Source of the DNA: the human T2T-CHM13v2.0 reference genome, Homo sapiens
Direction: 5' to 3'
Assembly (NCBI GenBank): GCA_009914755.4
Contig: CP068257.2
Span: forward strand, 18,368,001 to 18,432,000
Length of the DNA stretch: 64,000 nt
This document shows, one piece after another, positions 27,300 through 40,400 of the stretch (its first letter is position 1; every line of letters begins with the position of its first letter). Under the pieces are notes generated by a model, which saw only the letters and a list, made by a program, of their open reading frames with translations, did not search any database and was not told the origin of the DNA. The translations under genes and the position numbers were made by a program.

Positions 27300-29025
27300 G
27301 AGAATTTTTAAAAGTTAAATGAAAGAGAGGAAAGAAAAGAGATGGGTCAGATAGCAAACAAAGACCAAGAGGTGAATGTAAACTCAAATACCTTAATAAT
27401 TGTTTTAAAATTAAAGTATAGAATAAACACTGCCTATATGCTGTCTATTAGAGATACAATTTAAACATGGAGACACAAGAAGATAGAAAGTATAAAAGTG
27501 GAAAAAGATATACCCTAAAATCATTAAAAATGAAAAAAGTTTGAGTGACTGTATTAATATCAGACAATAGTGATATCAAGGTAGAAAGCACTAGTTAAGA
27601 TTTTAAAAGGAATTTTTTAATGGTGAAATGAAAAATTAAGAAAGACACAAAAATCCAGATATGAATTCACCTAACAAAAATGTTTCAAAATATCTGAAAC
27701 CAAATCACATGGTAGTGAAGAAAGAAAACGTCAAAACTGCAATCATAATTAAAGATTTAACACCATTTTCACATTGACTGATAAAATAAGAATACTAAAT
27801 AATCACTAAGTCTATAAAATATTTAACAAGAACTATCTGCTAACTTTAGTAATCAACATTTATTAAACACATACCCCAAAGTTGTAGAAAACATTTAGCA
27901 ACTTAGACCATAACTTGGGCCATACAAAAAGTTTCATGAAATTTCAAATGAGTGAAGAAATTTACATAGTAAGTTAACAAGATTACAGAATACAAGGCTA
28001 ACATACAAAAATTTATTTTATTTCTATATAATTAAAAACTGGAAAATAAAATAAAAATTTAATATAGAAAAACATGAAAATATGCAACAAAGGTTAATTT
28101 AACAAATGATATGTATAAATCTTCCACAAAAAAATAGAAAACATTAGAGATAAAATTTTTTATCTAATATGTATACCTAGATATTTTTATCTAACATATA
28201 TATCTAGATATATATATAGATATTTTATCTACTACATATATATTGCTTTATATAAATAAAGATACCATAATTATAAGTTGGAAGACTCAATTTTTTTAAA
28301 TGTTAATTGTCCTCAAAGTAATAGTCATTAATGCAACTCCAATAATAAATAATGCAACTCCAATAAAAATTGTAACAAGTGATTTCATAAAATCTAAAAG
28401 TTAATTCCAAAATTTATGGATAAATACAAAGAAAAAAACAAAGCAAATTTCACTAAGCTACAGAATCCACAAGAAAGGATTCTGTAGCTTCGAATTTTAT
28501 ATCTTGATCAAATTATCTGGACAATTGCAGGTCCCCAGAAGAGTTATTCTAATTCTATTGGGAGGGTTAGAAAAAGATTGCTGGGAATTGTAAAATAATT
28601 TTCTCTATAAGTTAGAGTAGTTTTAACATTGAATAATTTAAAATTAAATATAAATATTGATAATTGTAATAATATTTTAAATCAATTATTTCATGAATTA
28701 GATATATGCATTTCATTTTAGTCATTTGCTGTTTGTAAGAGATTCAAGTATAAGGGAATATCAAATAAGTTCCCATTATAAATCAAATATAAAATTCTGT
28801 TGAATAATAGAATCAAACTTTAGGTTTTAAAGGTAGAAGACAACTGTAAGTATTTAAGTAATATTAGCATATGCAGAAACCATAATATTAACCATATTTA
28901 TGTGTTTTTTGGAGTAATATGTGATGGGGTTTTGTTGATTTGTGCTTGGAAATCAAATATGGTAAATTAGTAAATGCATTTTTAAATACTTAAGACAATT
29001 TAATTACAGAAATTGTATAACCCAC
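27300..29025 (+). mobile_element. Ancient L1 (L1M-type) ORF2 5' region, heavily diverged and AT-rich
   Basis: 'acatggagacacaagaagatagaaagtataaaagtggaaaaagatataccctaaaatcattaaaaatgaaaaaagtttgagtgactgtattaatatcagacaatagtgatatcaaggtagaaagc' parallels the start of the L1M ORF2 endonuclease region, 'gattgaaagtgaaaggatggaaaaagatattccatgcaaatggaaacc...atatcagacaaaatagactttaagtcaaaaactgtaacaag'. Confidence 0.45.
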
Positions 29026-31329
29026 TAATATGGTTTGGCTGTGCCCCCACCCAAATCTCATCTTGAATTGTAATTCCCACAATTCTCACGTGTCATGAGA
29101 GGAACCCAGTGGGAGGTGATTGAATCATGGGGGCGGGTCTTTCCCATGCTGTTCCCATGATAGTGAGTCTCATGAGATCTGATAGATTTAAAAATGGAAG
29201 ACTTCCTGCACAAGCTCTCTCTTTGCCTGCTACCATCCATGTAAGACGTGACTTGCTCCTCCTTAACTTCTGCCATGATTGTTAGGCTTCCCCGGCCACG
29301 TGGAACTGTAAGTCCAATTAAACCTCTTTCTTTTGTAAATTGCCCAGTCTCAGGTATGACTTTATCAGCCGTGAGAAAACAAACTAATACAGTATATAGG
29401 TATCAGTACAGTGGGTTGTTGCTGAAAAGATACCCGAAAATGTGGAAGCGACTTTAGAACTGGGTAACAGGCAGAGGTTGGAACAGTTTGGAGGGCTCAT
29501 AAGAAGACAGGAAAATGTGGGAAAGTTTGGAACTTCCTAGAGACTTGTTGAATGGCTTTGACCAAAATCCTGATAGCGATATGGACAATAAGGTCTAGGC
29601 TGAGGTGGTCTCAGATGGAGATGAAGAACTTGTTGGGAACTGGAGCAAAGGTGACTCTTGTTATGTTGTAGCAAAGAGACTGGCAGCATTTTGCCCCTGC
29701 CCTAGAGATTTGTGGAACTTTTAACTTGAGAGAGATGATTTAGGGTATCTGGTAAAAAAAATTCCTAAGCAGCAAAGCATTCAAGAGTTAACTTGGGTGC
29801 TGTTAAAGGCACTTAGTTTTACAAGTGAAGCAGAGCATAAAAGTTCAGAAAATTTGCAGCCTGACAATGTGATAGAAAAGAAAAACCCATTTTCTGAGGA
29901 GAAATTCAGGCTGGCTGCAGAAATTTGCAAAAGTTACTAGGAGCCGAATGTTAATCTCCAAGACAATGGGGAAAACGTCTCCAGAGCATGTCAGAGGTCT
30001 TCACGGCAGCCCTTCCCATCACAGGCCCAGAGGCCTAAGAGAAAATGGTTTAGTGGGACAGGCCCCCTGTGCTGAGTGCAGTCTAGGGACTTGATGCCCT
30101 GTGTCCCAGCCACTCCAGCTGTGACTAAAAGGGGCCAAGGTACAGTTTTGGCTGCTGGTTCAGAGGATGGAAGCCACAAGCCTTGGCAGCTTCCACATGA
30201 TGTTGAGCCTACAGGTATACAGAAGTCAAGAATAGAGGTTTGGGAACCTCCACCTAGATTTCAGAAGATACATGGAAATGCCTGCATACCCAGGAAGTAG
30301 TTTGCTGCAGGAATAGGGCCCTCATGGAGAACCTCTGCAACAGAAGTGTGAAAGAGAAATGTGGGGTCAGAGGCCCCACACAGAATCCCTACTGGGGCAC
30401 CACCTAGTGGAGCTGTGAGAAGAGGTCCCATCCTCCTCCAGATCCCAGAACGGTGGATCCCCTGACAGCTTGCACAGTGCGCCTGGGAAAGCCGCAAACA
30501 CTCAATGCCAACCCCTGAAAGCTGCTGGGAGGGAAGCTATACCCTGCAGAGCCACAGGGTGGAGCTGCCCAAGACCATGGGAACCCACCTCTTGCATCAG
30601 CATGACCTGGATGTGAGACATGAAGTCAAAGAAGATCATTTGGGAGCTTTAAGATTTGACTGCTCTGCTGGATTTCAGACTTGCTGGGGCCTGTAGCCCC
30701 TTCGTTTTGTCCAGTTCCTCCCACTTGGAGTGGCTGTATTTACCCAATGCCTCTACCCCTGTTGTATCTAGGACGTAACTAACTTGCTTTTGATTTTACA
30801 GGCTTATAGGCAGAAGGGACTTGACTTGTCTCAGATGAGACTTTGGACTGTGGACTTTTGAGTTAATGCTAAAATGAGTTAAAACTTTTGAGGGACTGTT
30901 GGGAAGGTGTGATTGGTTTTGAAATGTGAGGACATGAGATTTGGGAAGAGTAAGGGGCAGAATAATATGATTTGGCTGTGTCCCCACCCAAATCTCATCT
31001 TGAATTGTAACTCTTATAATTCCCATGCCTTCTGGAAGGAACCTGGTGGGAGGTGATTTAATCATGGGGGTGGGGCCTTTCCCATGCCATTCTCGTGATA
31101 GTAAGCCTCATGAGATCTGACAGCTTTGAAAACAGTAGTTTTCCTGCACAAGCTCTCTCTTTGCTTGCTGGCATCCATGTAAGAGGTGACTTGCTCCTCC
31201 TAGCCTTCTGCAATGATTGTGAGGCTTCTACAGCCATGTGGAACTGTAAGTCCAGCTAAACGCCTTTCTTTTGTAAATTACCCAGTCTCAGATATGTCTT
31301 TATCAGTAACGTGAAAAAAGACTAATACA
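29026..31329 (+). mobile_element. Full-length THE1-class MaLR retroelement. 5' LTR 29026-29391, internal region 29392-30962, 3' LTR 30963-31329.
   Basis: Both LTRs begin 'taatatg(g/a)tttggctgtg(c/t)ccccacccaaatctcatcttgaattgtaa' and end '...(a)actaataca'. The internal region matches THE1-int: 'ggtatcagtacagtgggttgttgctgaaaagatacccgaaaatgtggaagcgactttagaactgggtaacaggcagaggttggaacagtttggagggctcataagaagacagg...'. The flanks 'cccac' / 'ctcac' look like a 5-bp TSD. Confidence 0.85.
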
Positions 31330-31779
31330 CTCACTTAAAGGTGCTGGCTAGTATTTACTGGAATTATGTATAGCATAAGTGTTTCAGTTTGAACTAAAAA
31401 AGTGTAAAAGCAAACTTCTTAGTTTTTTAAATTTTGGCAAATTGTATATTAACTTTTAAAATGATGATAATACTAATGATGTTTTTATCGGCAATAAGTA
31501 AGCTGAGTTCAAGGATACCAGATATTTTGCATGTGTGAGTTTAAATTTTTTTTATTTAAAAAAGTGCTACTATCTTTATATTGTTCTCCCTCTTGGCAAT
31601 GTTTTAGCCATTAAATTACTTCTTCATTTATTAGGCAATAACAGTTTTCTTAAAACACTCAATCCTTTGTCTATAACTACATCAGGACCTTAAGAACACC
31701 CCAGAGGTTATGAGTGGGTTTAAGTGCGCCATCTGTGGTTCAATTAACTGTACACACATTTAATGTATTTAATACAGAA

Positions 31780-32300
31780 ATACATTTTTTTAATTTTTTT
31801 AAGCTTTTATTTTAAGTTCAAGAGTAGATGTGCAAGTTCGTTACATAGGTAAACTTGTGTCATGAGGGTTTGTTGTACACAGTATTTCATCACCCAGGTA
31901 TTAATGCTGGTACTCATTAGCTATTTCTCCTGACCCTCTCCCTTCTCCCACCATCCACCCTCTGATAGGCCCCAGTGTGTGTTGTTCCTGTCTGTGTCTC
32001 TATGTGTTCTCATCATTTGGCTCACAATTACAAGACATGGAATCAACCTAAACGCCAGTCAGTGATAGACTGGATAAAGAAAATGTGGTACATACACACC
32101 TTGGAATACTATGTAGCCATAAAAAAGAACAAGATCATGACCTTTGCAGGGACATGGGTGGAGCTGGAAGCTATTATCCTTAGCAAACTAATGAGGCACA
32201 AAAAAAAGATACCACATTTTTCTCAAAAATACATTTTGCAAAGAAGGGAGACCAAAACTTTAGAGATACTCTCTAAGAAAAAAAATGTAAAAACTACTGA
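31780..32300 (-). mobile_element. L1PA-type 3'-end insertion with a twin-priming inversion
   Basis: 31795-32038 is the reverse complement of the L1 3' terminus: 'aagcttttattttaagttcaagagtagatgtgcaagttcgttacataggtaaacttgtgtcatgagggtttgttgtacac...'. 32040-32228 is sense L1 from the adjacent upstream segment: 'ggaatcaacctaaacgccagtcagtgatagactggataaagaaaatgtggtacatacacaccttggaatactatgtagccataaaaaagaacaagatcatgacctttgcagggacatgggtggagctggaagctattatccttagcaaact'. TSD 'aaatacatttt' at 31777 and 32224. Confidence 0.8.
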
Positions 32301-32337
32301 TCTTTAAAATTAATGTATGAGTTCTTAATTTTTGTAG

Positions 32338-32687
<350 letters not shown>

Positions 32688-33640
32688 AGCTCCTACTCGT
32701 TCTTACCCAGTAACACTACTCTGTTTTCTTCACACATTGGGCTGCTACACAACTCTGTCACATTGCTCATCAGAGTATTTTTGTACCTTCTAACCATTTC
32801 TTAGGGCTCATTGTCTTATAACTCTTCCTCAATCATGTAGTAGGACCAACCTCAGAGGCAATATGCTTGAGAAAATTTTTTCTTCAATCTGAAGATGAAT
32901 CAATTGACCCTAATTATACTTTCAGAGCACTTTTTAAATAACTTAGTGTTAAAGACTACCTACAAGTCATTGCAATTATGTGTTTGTATTTCTACATATC
33001 ACTAGACATTCAGCCCCTTGAGTGTTTTTATGCTATTTAGCTTAATCATGATCACAGAGCTCAGGGAAAGTCCTCCCTAAAGTATCTTTTTTATTGAATA
33101 CATGGACTCTTGAATACGAGGCACCTTATTTAGCTTGTTGATACAAACCAATAGAATACTAATGATAACTTATTTCATATTATTATTGAAAAAAATTTTC
33201 TACTGCCAAGAAATTTGTTTCAAAGGCATTGATCTATTTTATTGAATCTCTGCCTTTATTTACTAACCTTTCACCTACACCTTAGAGAGGCCAATGCTTC
33301 AGAAAGAGCTAGTCAAGAAGCAAGCTGAATAGGCTCTGCTCAACCTGGGCACATAGTCTAGGAATCCAGTGGAGGCAAAGAGTATCTGTCCGAGTCAGCT
33401 AGATAAAGGTAAATAAATCGACATATACACTGAACCTGATCAACCAGCAGAATAAAAAACAGGTCAGGATTACCTAACAAATGCATGCAGATTTAAATTT
33501 ATTCTTCTTTTAATAAATGATTGTAAACTCCTTAGAAACTATTTCCCTGTCTTCCCACAAAGGCATGTGCTTCCACCTACTGGTGACCTTTTTTGCATAT
33601 GACTGTTTCAGTTACTGTTAGAGAGCTATGAATTCAAGCC

Positions 33641-34395
33641 ACAGTGAGATACCAAATACACACCTATTAGATGGGCAAAAAGGAAAAAAAGGCTTACAAT
33701 GCAAAGTGCTGGCAAGGCTGTGGATCCATGGTAACTCTCATACATTGCTGATGGAAATAACAAAAATTACAGCTACTTAGGAAAATGGTCTGGATGTTTC
33801 TTAATAGGTTCAATTACACACTTGCCATGTGACCCAGGTTTCATTCTTAAGCATTTACCCAGGAGAAAGAAAACCATCTCTACCCAAAAGCTTGTATGCC
33901 AACACATATAGTGGCTAATGTTTATTTAGCAATTAATAGTTTCTAAAAACTTGAAACACAGAAATGTCCACTAACTAGTAAATAGGCCGAATATCTGCTT
34001 CAGACTCTATATTCACACAATGGATACCACTTGGAAATTAAAATAAATGAACTACTGATATATGCAATATCATGAATGAATCTCAAATGTGTCATGCAAA
34101 GTGAAAAGGAGTCCAATTCAAAGGTTACATACTACATCATTCTATTTATATGACATCTGGGAAAAGACAATGTCAGAGTGACGGAAAACAGATCATTTTT
34201 TGCCAGTGACTGTTTGTTGGGGAGGCAGATTTACTATAAAAGGTGCAAAGAAATTTTATAAAGTGATGAAGATGTATTATATCTTTATTTTGGTGGTTAT
34301 TACCCAACTAACACATTTGTCGAAACTCATAGCACTATGCACTTTAAAAGGGTGAATTTTATTCCATGCAAATGATACCTTTAAAATTTTTGACC
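33641..34395 (+). mobile_element. Ancient L1 (L1M-type) ORF2 C-terminus and 3' end
   Basis: 'cacagtgagataccaaatacacacctattagatgggcaaaaaggaaaaaaaggcttacaatgcaaagtgctggcaaggctgtggatccatggtaactctcatacattgctgatggaaat' parallels L1M 'caatgagataccacttcacacccactagaatggctataatcaaaaag...gtgttggcgaggatgtggagaaattggaaccctcatacattgctggtgggaat'. It ends 'gcactttaaaagggtgaattttattccatgcaaatgatacc'. Confidence 0.6.
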
Positions 34396-35023
34396 TTCAA
34401 AATCTTTATAACACCCTAAAGATCCACAAGAATGAATTTTTATATTGAGAAATATAAAGCATTTTTCCCAGTTCATCAAAACAATGTTAATAAAAATGTT
34501 GTTAAATATTTTCTTTATGCAATCCACAAAACCTTCTTAACACACTGACTTAACCAACTGATCAGTGCAGTTCACCTCTTTACCAATCGTCAGAAAACAA
34601 CATCATTAAAAAACTAACACATTCTTTCCAAAAGTGTTGGTTTTGTCTGCTATATGGAGTTCATACAATTACACTTCACCATAAGTAAATTATTTTAGAC
34701 ACTTTAAAAAATGTAAAATTATATCTAAGTTATTACATGGCTTGTACAGAGAAAATACTGTTGAAAATGTTGAAAGATCATGATCAGAAATTACTAACCA
34801 ATAGGTTTTCAATCAAGGAGTAGTGATATTACATATTAATTACCTTTTTCTCCAAGTACTTGCTCAGTCTCTTTTTAATAATATAATTTTCTTTCTCTAA
34901 TACTAATTCATAAGAAGGTAGTAATTTGGCTATATGATAAACTTTTCAAAGTACCATCGATTTTGTGTGTGTGCATAACTGCAAAAACACATACAGCCAT
35001 AAGTGTCAGATAGCCAGGTAGAT

Positions 35024-35055
35024 GGTTGATTGATTGATTGATTGGTTGGTTGAAG
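35024..35055. repeat. (GATT)n/(GGTT)n simple repeat
   Basis: 'gattgattgattgattggttggttg'. Confidence 0.8.
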
Positions 35056-35370
35056 ACACAGACAGTTGATGACAGAGAGACAGAAAGATAGAAAGATGTA
35101 TATGTAAAAGCACAATATTTTAAAGAAACATAAAGTTCAGTAATTTTCCCAAGCTGAAAAGTATACCTTTGAAAAGCAATTTTAATGTGCTAGGCTTCTT
35201 TTTTCCTAACTCTAAAAAGCATGATCTTCTAGTTTTATTCTCTTACGTAAACTTTCAAGACCTCTCCTTTTTTGGCAATCCAGTTTTTATCCAGTTTTGT
35301 CTCCACTTGAGACTAGGTCTTTGGTCCTCCTTTCTCATTTATGAGTTCCCGGGGTTAACTTATTTATTTA

Positions 35371-35470
35371 GAGGCAGGATCTTGCCCTGTCATTCAGGCT
35401 GGAATGCAGTGGCGATATCATAGCTCATTGTAACCTCAAACTCCTGGGCTCAAGTGACCCTCCGTGCAGC
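35371..35470 (-). mobile_element. Alu fragment, about 100 bp
   Basis: 'gaggcaggatcttgccctgtcattcaggctggaatgcagtggcgatatcatagctcattgtaacctcaaactcctgggctcaagtgaccctcc'. Confidence 0.75.
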
Positions 35471-36129
35471 CTTTGGTGTACTATTGGATTTGCTTCAATG
35501 ATATCTATAGTAATTATTTTTTCTCAAAATAGTTTTATTCTCACCCATTTTTGTGTACATACCATGCTGAAATAAAGGTAATATACAAACATTTGAGCTC
35601 CTATTTCTAGTAAAATAAAGTGAAATACCTCAAACAACTAAACAATAACACATGGTTCTAAAGGATTGTATGAAGAATAGGTCATACTTTTAACATTCTG
35701 GCAGCATCAAATTTAGAAAATGAAGGCAATGAGAGCTTTGATGTTTTTGAGAAGTGATGAGTTCAGATCTCAAAGACTGTAAGCCACAATCCTTGCAACA
35801 TTTACCAAGTAACTATGTGCCTATGTGCTGTATAAATATCATACAAAAATCTCAGATAAAACTATGGGACATAAAACAATTAATGAGAAATTAAGATCTA
35901 AATATCCTTGGATTTTTAAAGAAAAATGTGCATTTCATATCTACACCAACTAGTTGAAGTTTACAGGAAACATGAATGCACTTTTGCCTTACTATTATTT
36001 ATAACGGTGCAGTTTTTATCATCATTTACATTTAAATGATTTTATTATTTTCTCTGTGATTTATCTTCCTTTCCTAATTTTCTATTGTGGTAAAATACAC
36101 ATAACAAAATTTGCCACTTTAACCAATGT

Positions 36130-36496
36130 TAAAGCGAACAGAATATGGCCAGAGAAGGGCTCCTTACTTCTATATTTGAGTCCTTGTGGATGAACTGCAG
36201 CATAACAATAGGTAGACAAGATTGAAAACCTAACTTAGGAGTATGCGTCTGTAACAATAGCTGAGTCTTGGTCCATCCCAGCAGCCACACCTCAACCACT
36301 TACAGACTGCTGAGTGTTTAAACTGTGTTCAAATAAGGCAAATGTCAACCTGTAACCAATCCAGCTGTTTCTGTACCTCACTTTCCCTTTTCGGCCTATA
36401 AATTTGTTCTGACCACGAGGCATCCCTGGATTTTTGTAATCTGCTGTGATTCTAGAGGCAGCTAGATTTGTGAATAGTCTTTTTTTCCCCCTGCTC
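36130..36496. mobile_element. LTR-like segment with CCAAT- and TATA-like motifs, apparently inserted between two antisense L1M 3'UTR pieces; family unknown
   Basis: 'caaatgtcaacctgtaaccaatccagctgtttctgtacctcactttcccttttcggcctataaatttgttctgaccacgaggcatccctgg'. It is flanked by L1M antisense 3'UTR motifs at 36075-36129 ('ctattgtggtaaaatacacataacaaaatttgccactttaaccaatgttaaag') and from 36497 onward. Confidence 0.3.
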
Positions 36497-37450
36497 AGTT
36501 AAAATCTGTTAAATTTAATTTGTCTAAAGTTTTCTTTTAACACTAATTTTAAGTGTGTAGTTCAGTGATATTAAATATATTCACAGTGTTGTACAACCAT
36601 CACCACCATCCACCTCCAAAACTCTTTTTATCTTGTGAACCTAAAACTCAGTACCCAATAAACACTAAGTCTCCATCCTCCCTTTCTCCCAGCCCCTAAT
36701 CACCACCGTTCTAAACACTGTCTCTATAATTTTGACTCCTCTAGGGAGCTCTTATAGGTAAAATCAAGCAATATTTATCTTTCTGTGCCTGGCTTATTAC
36801 ACTTAGAATAATGTCCTCAAGATTCATCTATGTTGTAGCATATGTAGGAGTTTTCTTCTTTTTTAAAGACGGAATATTCACTTTTTAATTATATTATTTG
36901 GGGTTTTTGTTTGTTTCTTTCTTTGTTGTTTTGAGTTTCTTGTAAATTCTGGATATTTGTTATTGGTCAGATGCATAGTTTGCAAATATTTTCTCTCACT
37001 CCGAAGTGTATCAGTTTACTCTGTTGATTTTTTTTTTTTTTTCTATGCAGAAGCTTTTAGTTTACCTCCCACTTTCTATTTCTGTTTTTGCTGTCTGTGC
37101 TTTTGAGGTCTTAGTCAATACTTCTTAAACTATACTAATGTCCAGAAGTGTTTTCTTGGGATTTTCTTCAAGTACTTTTATAGCCAGGTTTTACATTTAA
37201 GTCTTGAATACATCTTGAGTAGATTTTTGTATATGGTGAGAGATAGGGGTCTACTTTCATTCTTCTGCACGTGACAGTTCAATTATCCTAGCACTATTTC
37301 TAGCAAAGGGTGTTCTTTCCCTAGTGTATGTTCTTGTTCACTTTGTCAGAGATAGGTTGGCTGTAAATATGTGGCTTTATTTCTAGGTTCCCTATTCTGG
37401 TACCTTGATTTATGTGTCTATTTTTATTCCAATATAATGCTATTTGGATT
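36497..37450 (-). mobile_element. Ancient L1 (L1M-type) 3'UTR and ORF2 end, antisense
   Basis: 'ttaagtgtgtagttcagtgatattaaatatattcacagtgttgtacaaccatcaccaccatccacctccaaaactctttttatcttgtgaacctaaaactcagtacccaataaacactaagtctccatcc...ttattacacttagaataatgtcctcaagattcatctatgttgtagcatatg' is the classic L1M antisense 3'UTR. 'gatgcatagtttgcaaatattttctc' is the antisense of the ORF2 end. Confidence 0.65.
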
Positions 37451-40400
37451 ATTATACCTTTGTAGTCCAAAGAAGACGTACAAATGGCCAACAGTCACAT
37501 GAGAGAATGCCAACCATCAAAGAGATACAAATTAAAACCAGTTCACCTACACTCTCCCCACCCCCACCACCTCCTAGATGCTGCTTTGCCTGCAGGCACT
37601 CACATCATGGCCACACCCCACGTCACTTTGCTGTCACATGTGTGGGGGCGGACCTAGCCTTCCCTTCCCTGCCAGCATGTCTGTGCATGTGCACCCTGCC
37701 ATGCCACTGCTGCCAGTGTGAGTGCATCCCACTCCCCTCCATCTTCTCTCCCCCTGCTGCACTGCCATTGTTATCAGAGCACTGGTGGGCACAGAGCCTG
37801 CCAGCCCTGCTCCTGCCAGCACCGTGTCACTGCATCTGGGCGACCGGCACACAAAAGTAGGCACAGAAAACAGCTGACCTACCCATAGCCCTGAGTGGAC
37901 ACTGCTGCCAGCATGAAGGCACAGAAAGGATGCATAGAGTCCTTTACTCACCAGAACCCCACCCCAGTGCTAACCATTATCAGTGGGAACATGCAGTCAC
38001 TGACAGCGGACCCTTGACCCCCAAGACACCACTGCTTCTGCAAACGTGTGCACAGGGGCTGACATCCTGATACCCATTAGCACACTGTTATAGCTGATGA
38101 GCATGCACCCCACCACACTACTTCTGCCACTTCTGCTGCCATATGCAAACAAGAATGAATCTTGCTGTCATTGCCCTGTGAAGTGCCCTGGCCAGAAACA
38201 CACATTGAAGTATTGTGACTGGTGGTCTGGGAGCACCTTGGCCTCTCCAGTGCAATAGGTTCCTAACCATGAGGTGCCACAGATCAAATCTAGGGCCCCA
38301 AACCAGTCCCCCAGAGTTAAAGCCTGCAGTCCAGGAGTCCTGAGCTGAGCCTTGACCCCATAAAATCTTCCAGTAATGAAGCCAGTCAATTAAGACCTCC
38401 TTATTCCACAGTCAAATCACCAGGGTCATCAAATAAAATTAAAAATAATCCAAAGGACAGCAACTTGAAGGATTAGAGGAACATCAGCTCACAAAGATGA
38501 GAAAGAACCAGTGCAAGAACTCTAACAACTCAAAAACCCCAAGTGTCTTCTTTTCCCCAAATGACCATACTACTTCTCCAACAGGAGTTTTAAACTGGAC
38601 TAAGATGGCTGAAATGACAGAAATGGAATTCAGAATATGGACAGGAATGAAGATCATTGAGATTCAGAAAAACATTGAGACCCAATCTAAGGAAGCTACA
38701 AATTATGATAAAACAATACAGGAGCCAAAAGACAAAATTGTCAGTGTAGAAAATAATCTAACCAACTGAATAGAGCTGAAAAATACTCTACAAGAACTTC
38801 ACAATGCAATCACAAGGATTAACAGCAGAATAGACAAAGCTGAGGAAAGAGTCTCAGAGCTTGAAGATTGGCTTTCTAAAATAAGAAAATAAAATAAAAA
38901 TAAAGAGAAAAGAAAGAAAAGGAATGAACAAAACCTTTGAAAAAATATGGGATTATGTAGAGAACAAATCTATGACTCATTGCCATCCCTGAAAAAGATG
39001 AGGAGAATGGAACCAACTATTTTAGGATATCAACCATGAGAACTTCCACAACCCAGCCATAGAGGCTAACAGTCAAATTCAGGAAATGCAAAGAACCCCT
39101 GCAAAATACTTCACAAGAAGATCATCTCCAAGACACAATCATAAGATTCTCCAGGATCAAAATTGAAGAAAGAATGTTAAGGAAAAATTTACCAGAGAGA
39201 AAGGGCAGGTAACCTGCAAAGGGAAGCCTGTCAGACTAATAATGGACCTCTCAGCAGAAACTCTGTAAGTCAAATGATAATTGGGGGCCTATATTGATTA
39301 TTCACAAAGAAAATAAATTCCAACCAAGAATTTCATATCCAGTCAAACTAAGCTTCATGAGCAGAGGAGAAATAAGATCCTTTTCAGAGAAGCAAATGCT
39401 GAGAAAATTAATTGCCACTAGACCTGCCTTACAAGAGCTCCTGAAAGAAGCACTAAATATGGAGAGGAAAGACCATTACCAGCCACTACAAAAAACACAC
39501 TTAAGTACACAGACCAGTGACACTATAAAGCAAGCACACAAACAAGTTGGCATGACAAACACCTAACAAAACAATGACAGAATGAAATTTACACATATCA
39601 ATACTAACCTTAAATGTAAGTGGGCTAAATGCCCCAGTTAGAAGGCACAGAGTGCCAGACTAGATAAAGAAGTCAGGCTGAACAGTATGCTGTCTTCAAG
39701 AGACCCCTCTCACATGCAATGACACCCATAGTCTCAAAATAAGGCAATGGAGAAAAACCTACCAAGCAAATGGAAAACAGAAAAAAGGCAGGGGTTGCCA
39801 TCGTAATTTCAGGCAAAACAGGTTTTGAACCAACAAAGGTAAAAAAAAAAAAAAGACTAAGAGAGATATTACATAATGGTAAAGGTTAATTCTACAAGAA
39901 AACTAACTATCGTAGCTATGCATGCACTTGACACAGGTGCACCCAGATTCATAAAGCATGTTCTTAGAGACCTTCAAAGAGACTTAGACTCCCACACAAT
40001 AATAGTGGGAGACTTTAACACTCCACAGACAGTATTAGACAGATAATTGAGGCAGAAAATTAAGAAAGATATTGAGGACCTAGACTCAACTTTGGGCTAA
40101 ATGGATCTGATAGACATCTACAGAACTCTCCACCCCAAAACAACAAATTATACATTTTTCTCATCTGAATATAGCAAGCACATACTCTGAAATCAACCAC
40201 ACAATGGGATATAAAACAATCCACAGGAACTTTTAAAGGACACAATTATACCAGCCATGCTCTCAGGCCACAGCACAATAAAAATAAAATTCAATACAAA
40301 GAAAAGCACTCGAAACTATACATTTACTGGAATATTAACCTGCTCTTGAATGACTTTTGGGCAAATAATGAAATTAAGGCCAAAATCAAGTTATTTGAAA

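Noticed and set aside
27300-29025. The AT-rich region at 27.3-29.0 kb as unique sequence or a novel element
   Set aside because: The motif order parallels the L1M ORF2 5' region, with heavy divergence and A-enrichment typical of very old L1. I annotate it at low confidence as L1M rather than as something novel.
31975-32307. A 110-aa + ORF with an L1 ORF2-like peptide 'VIDWIKKMWYIHTLEYYVAIKKNKIMTFAGTWVELEAIILSKL'
   Set aside because: It is a remnant of the L1 ORF2 C-terminus in the inverted (twin-primed) segment. It is truncated and not an intact ORF2. The same applies to 14359..14541(-), 56047..56247(+) and 61002..61190(+).
36130-36496. A CCAAT/TATA-containing segment as a bona fide gene promoter
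   Set aside because: It sits between two antisense L1M 3'UTR pieces and looks like an inserted LTR U3/R. It has no downstream ORF or exon-like sequence, so I retain it only as a low-confidence LTR-like feature.
37444-37951. A 138-aa + ORF and a 105-aa - ORF with proline- and cysteine-rich peptides
   Set aside because: They map to the GC-rich 5'UTR of the L1P element that continues into ORF1 at 38497. No start context or conservation is expected. This is a repeat-derived spurious ORF.
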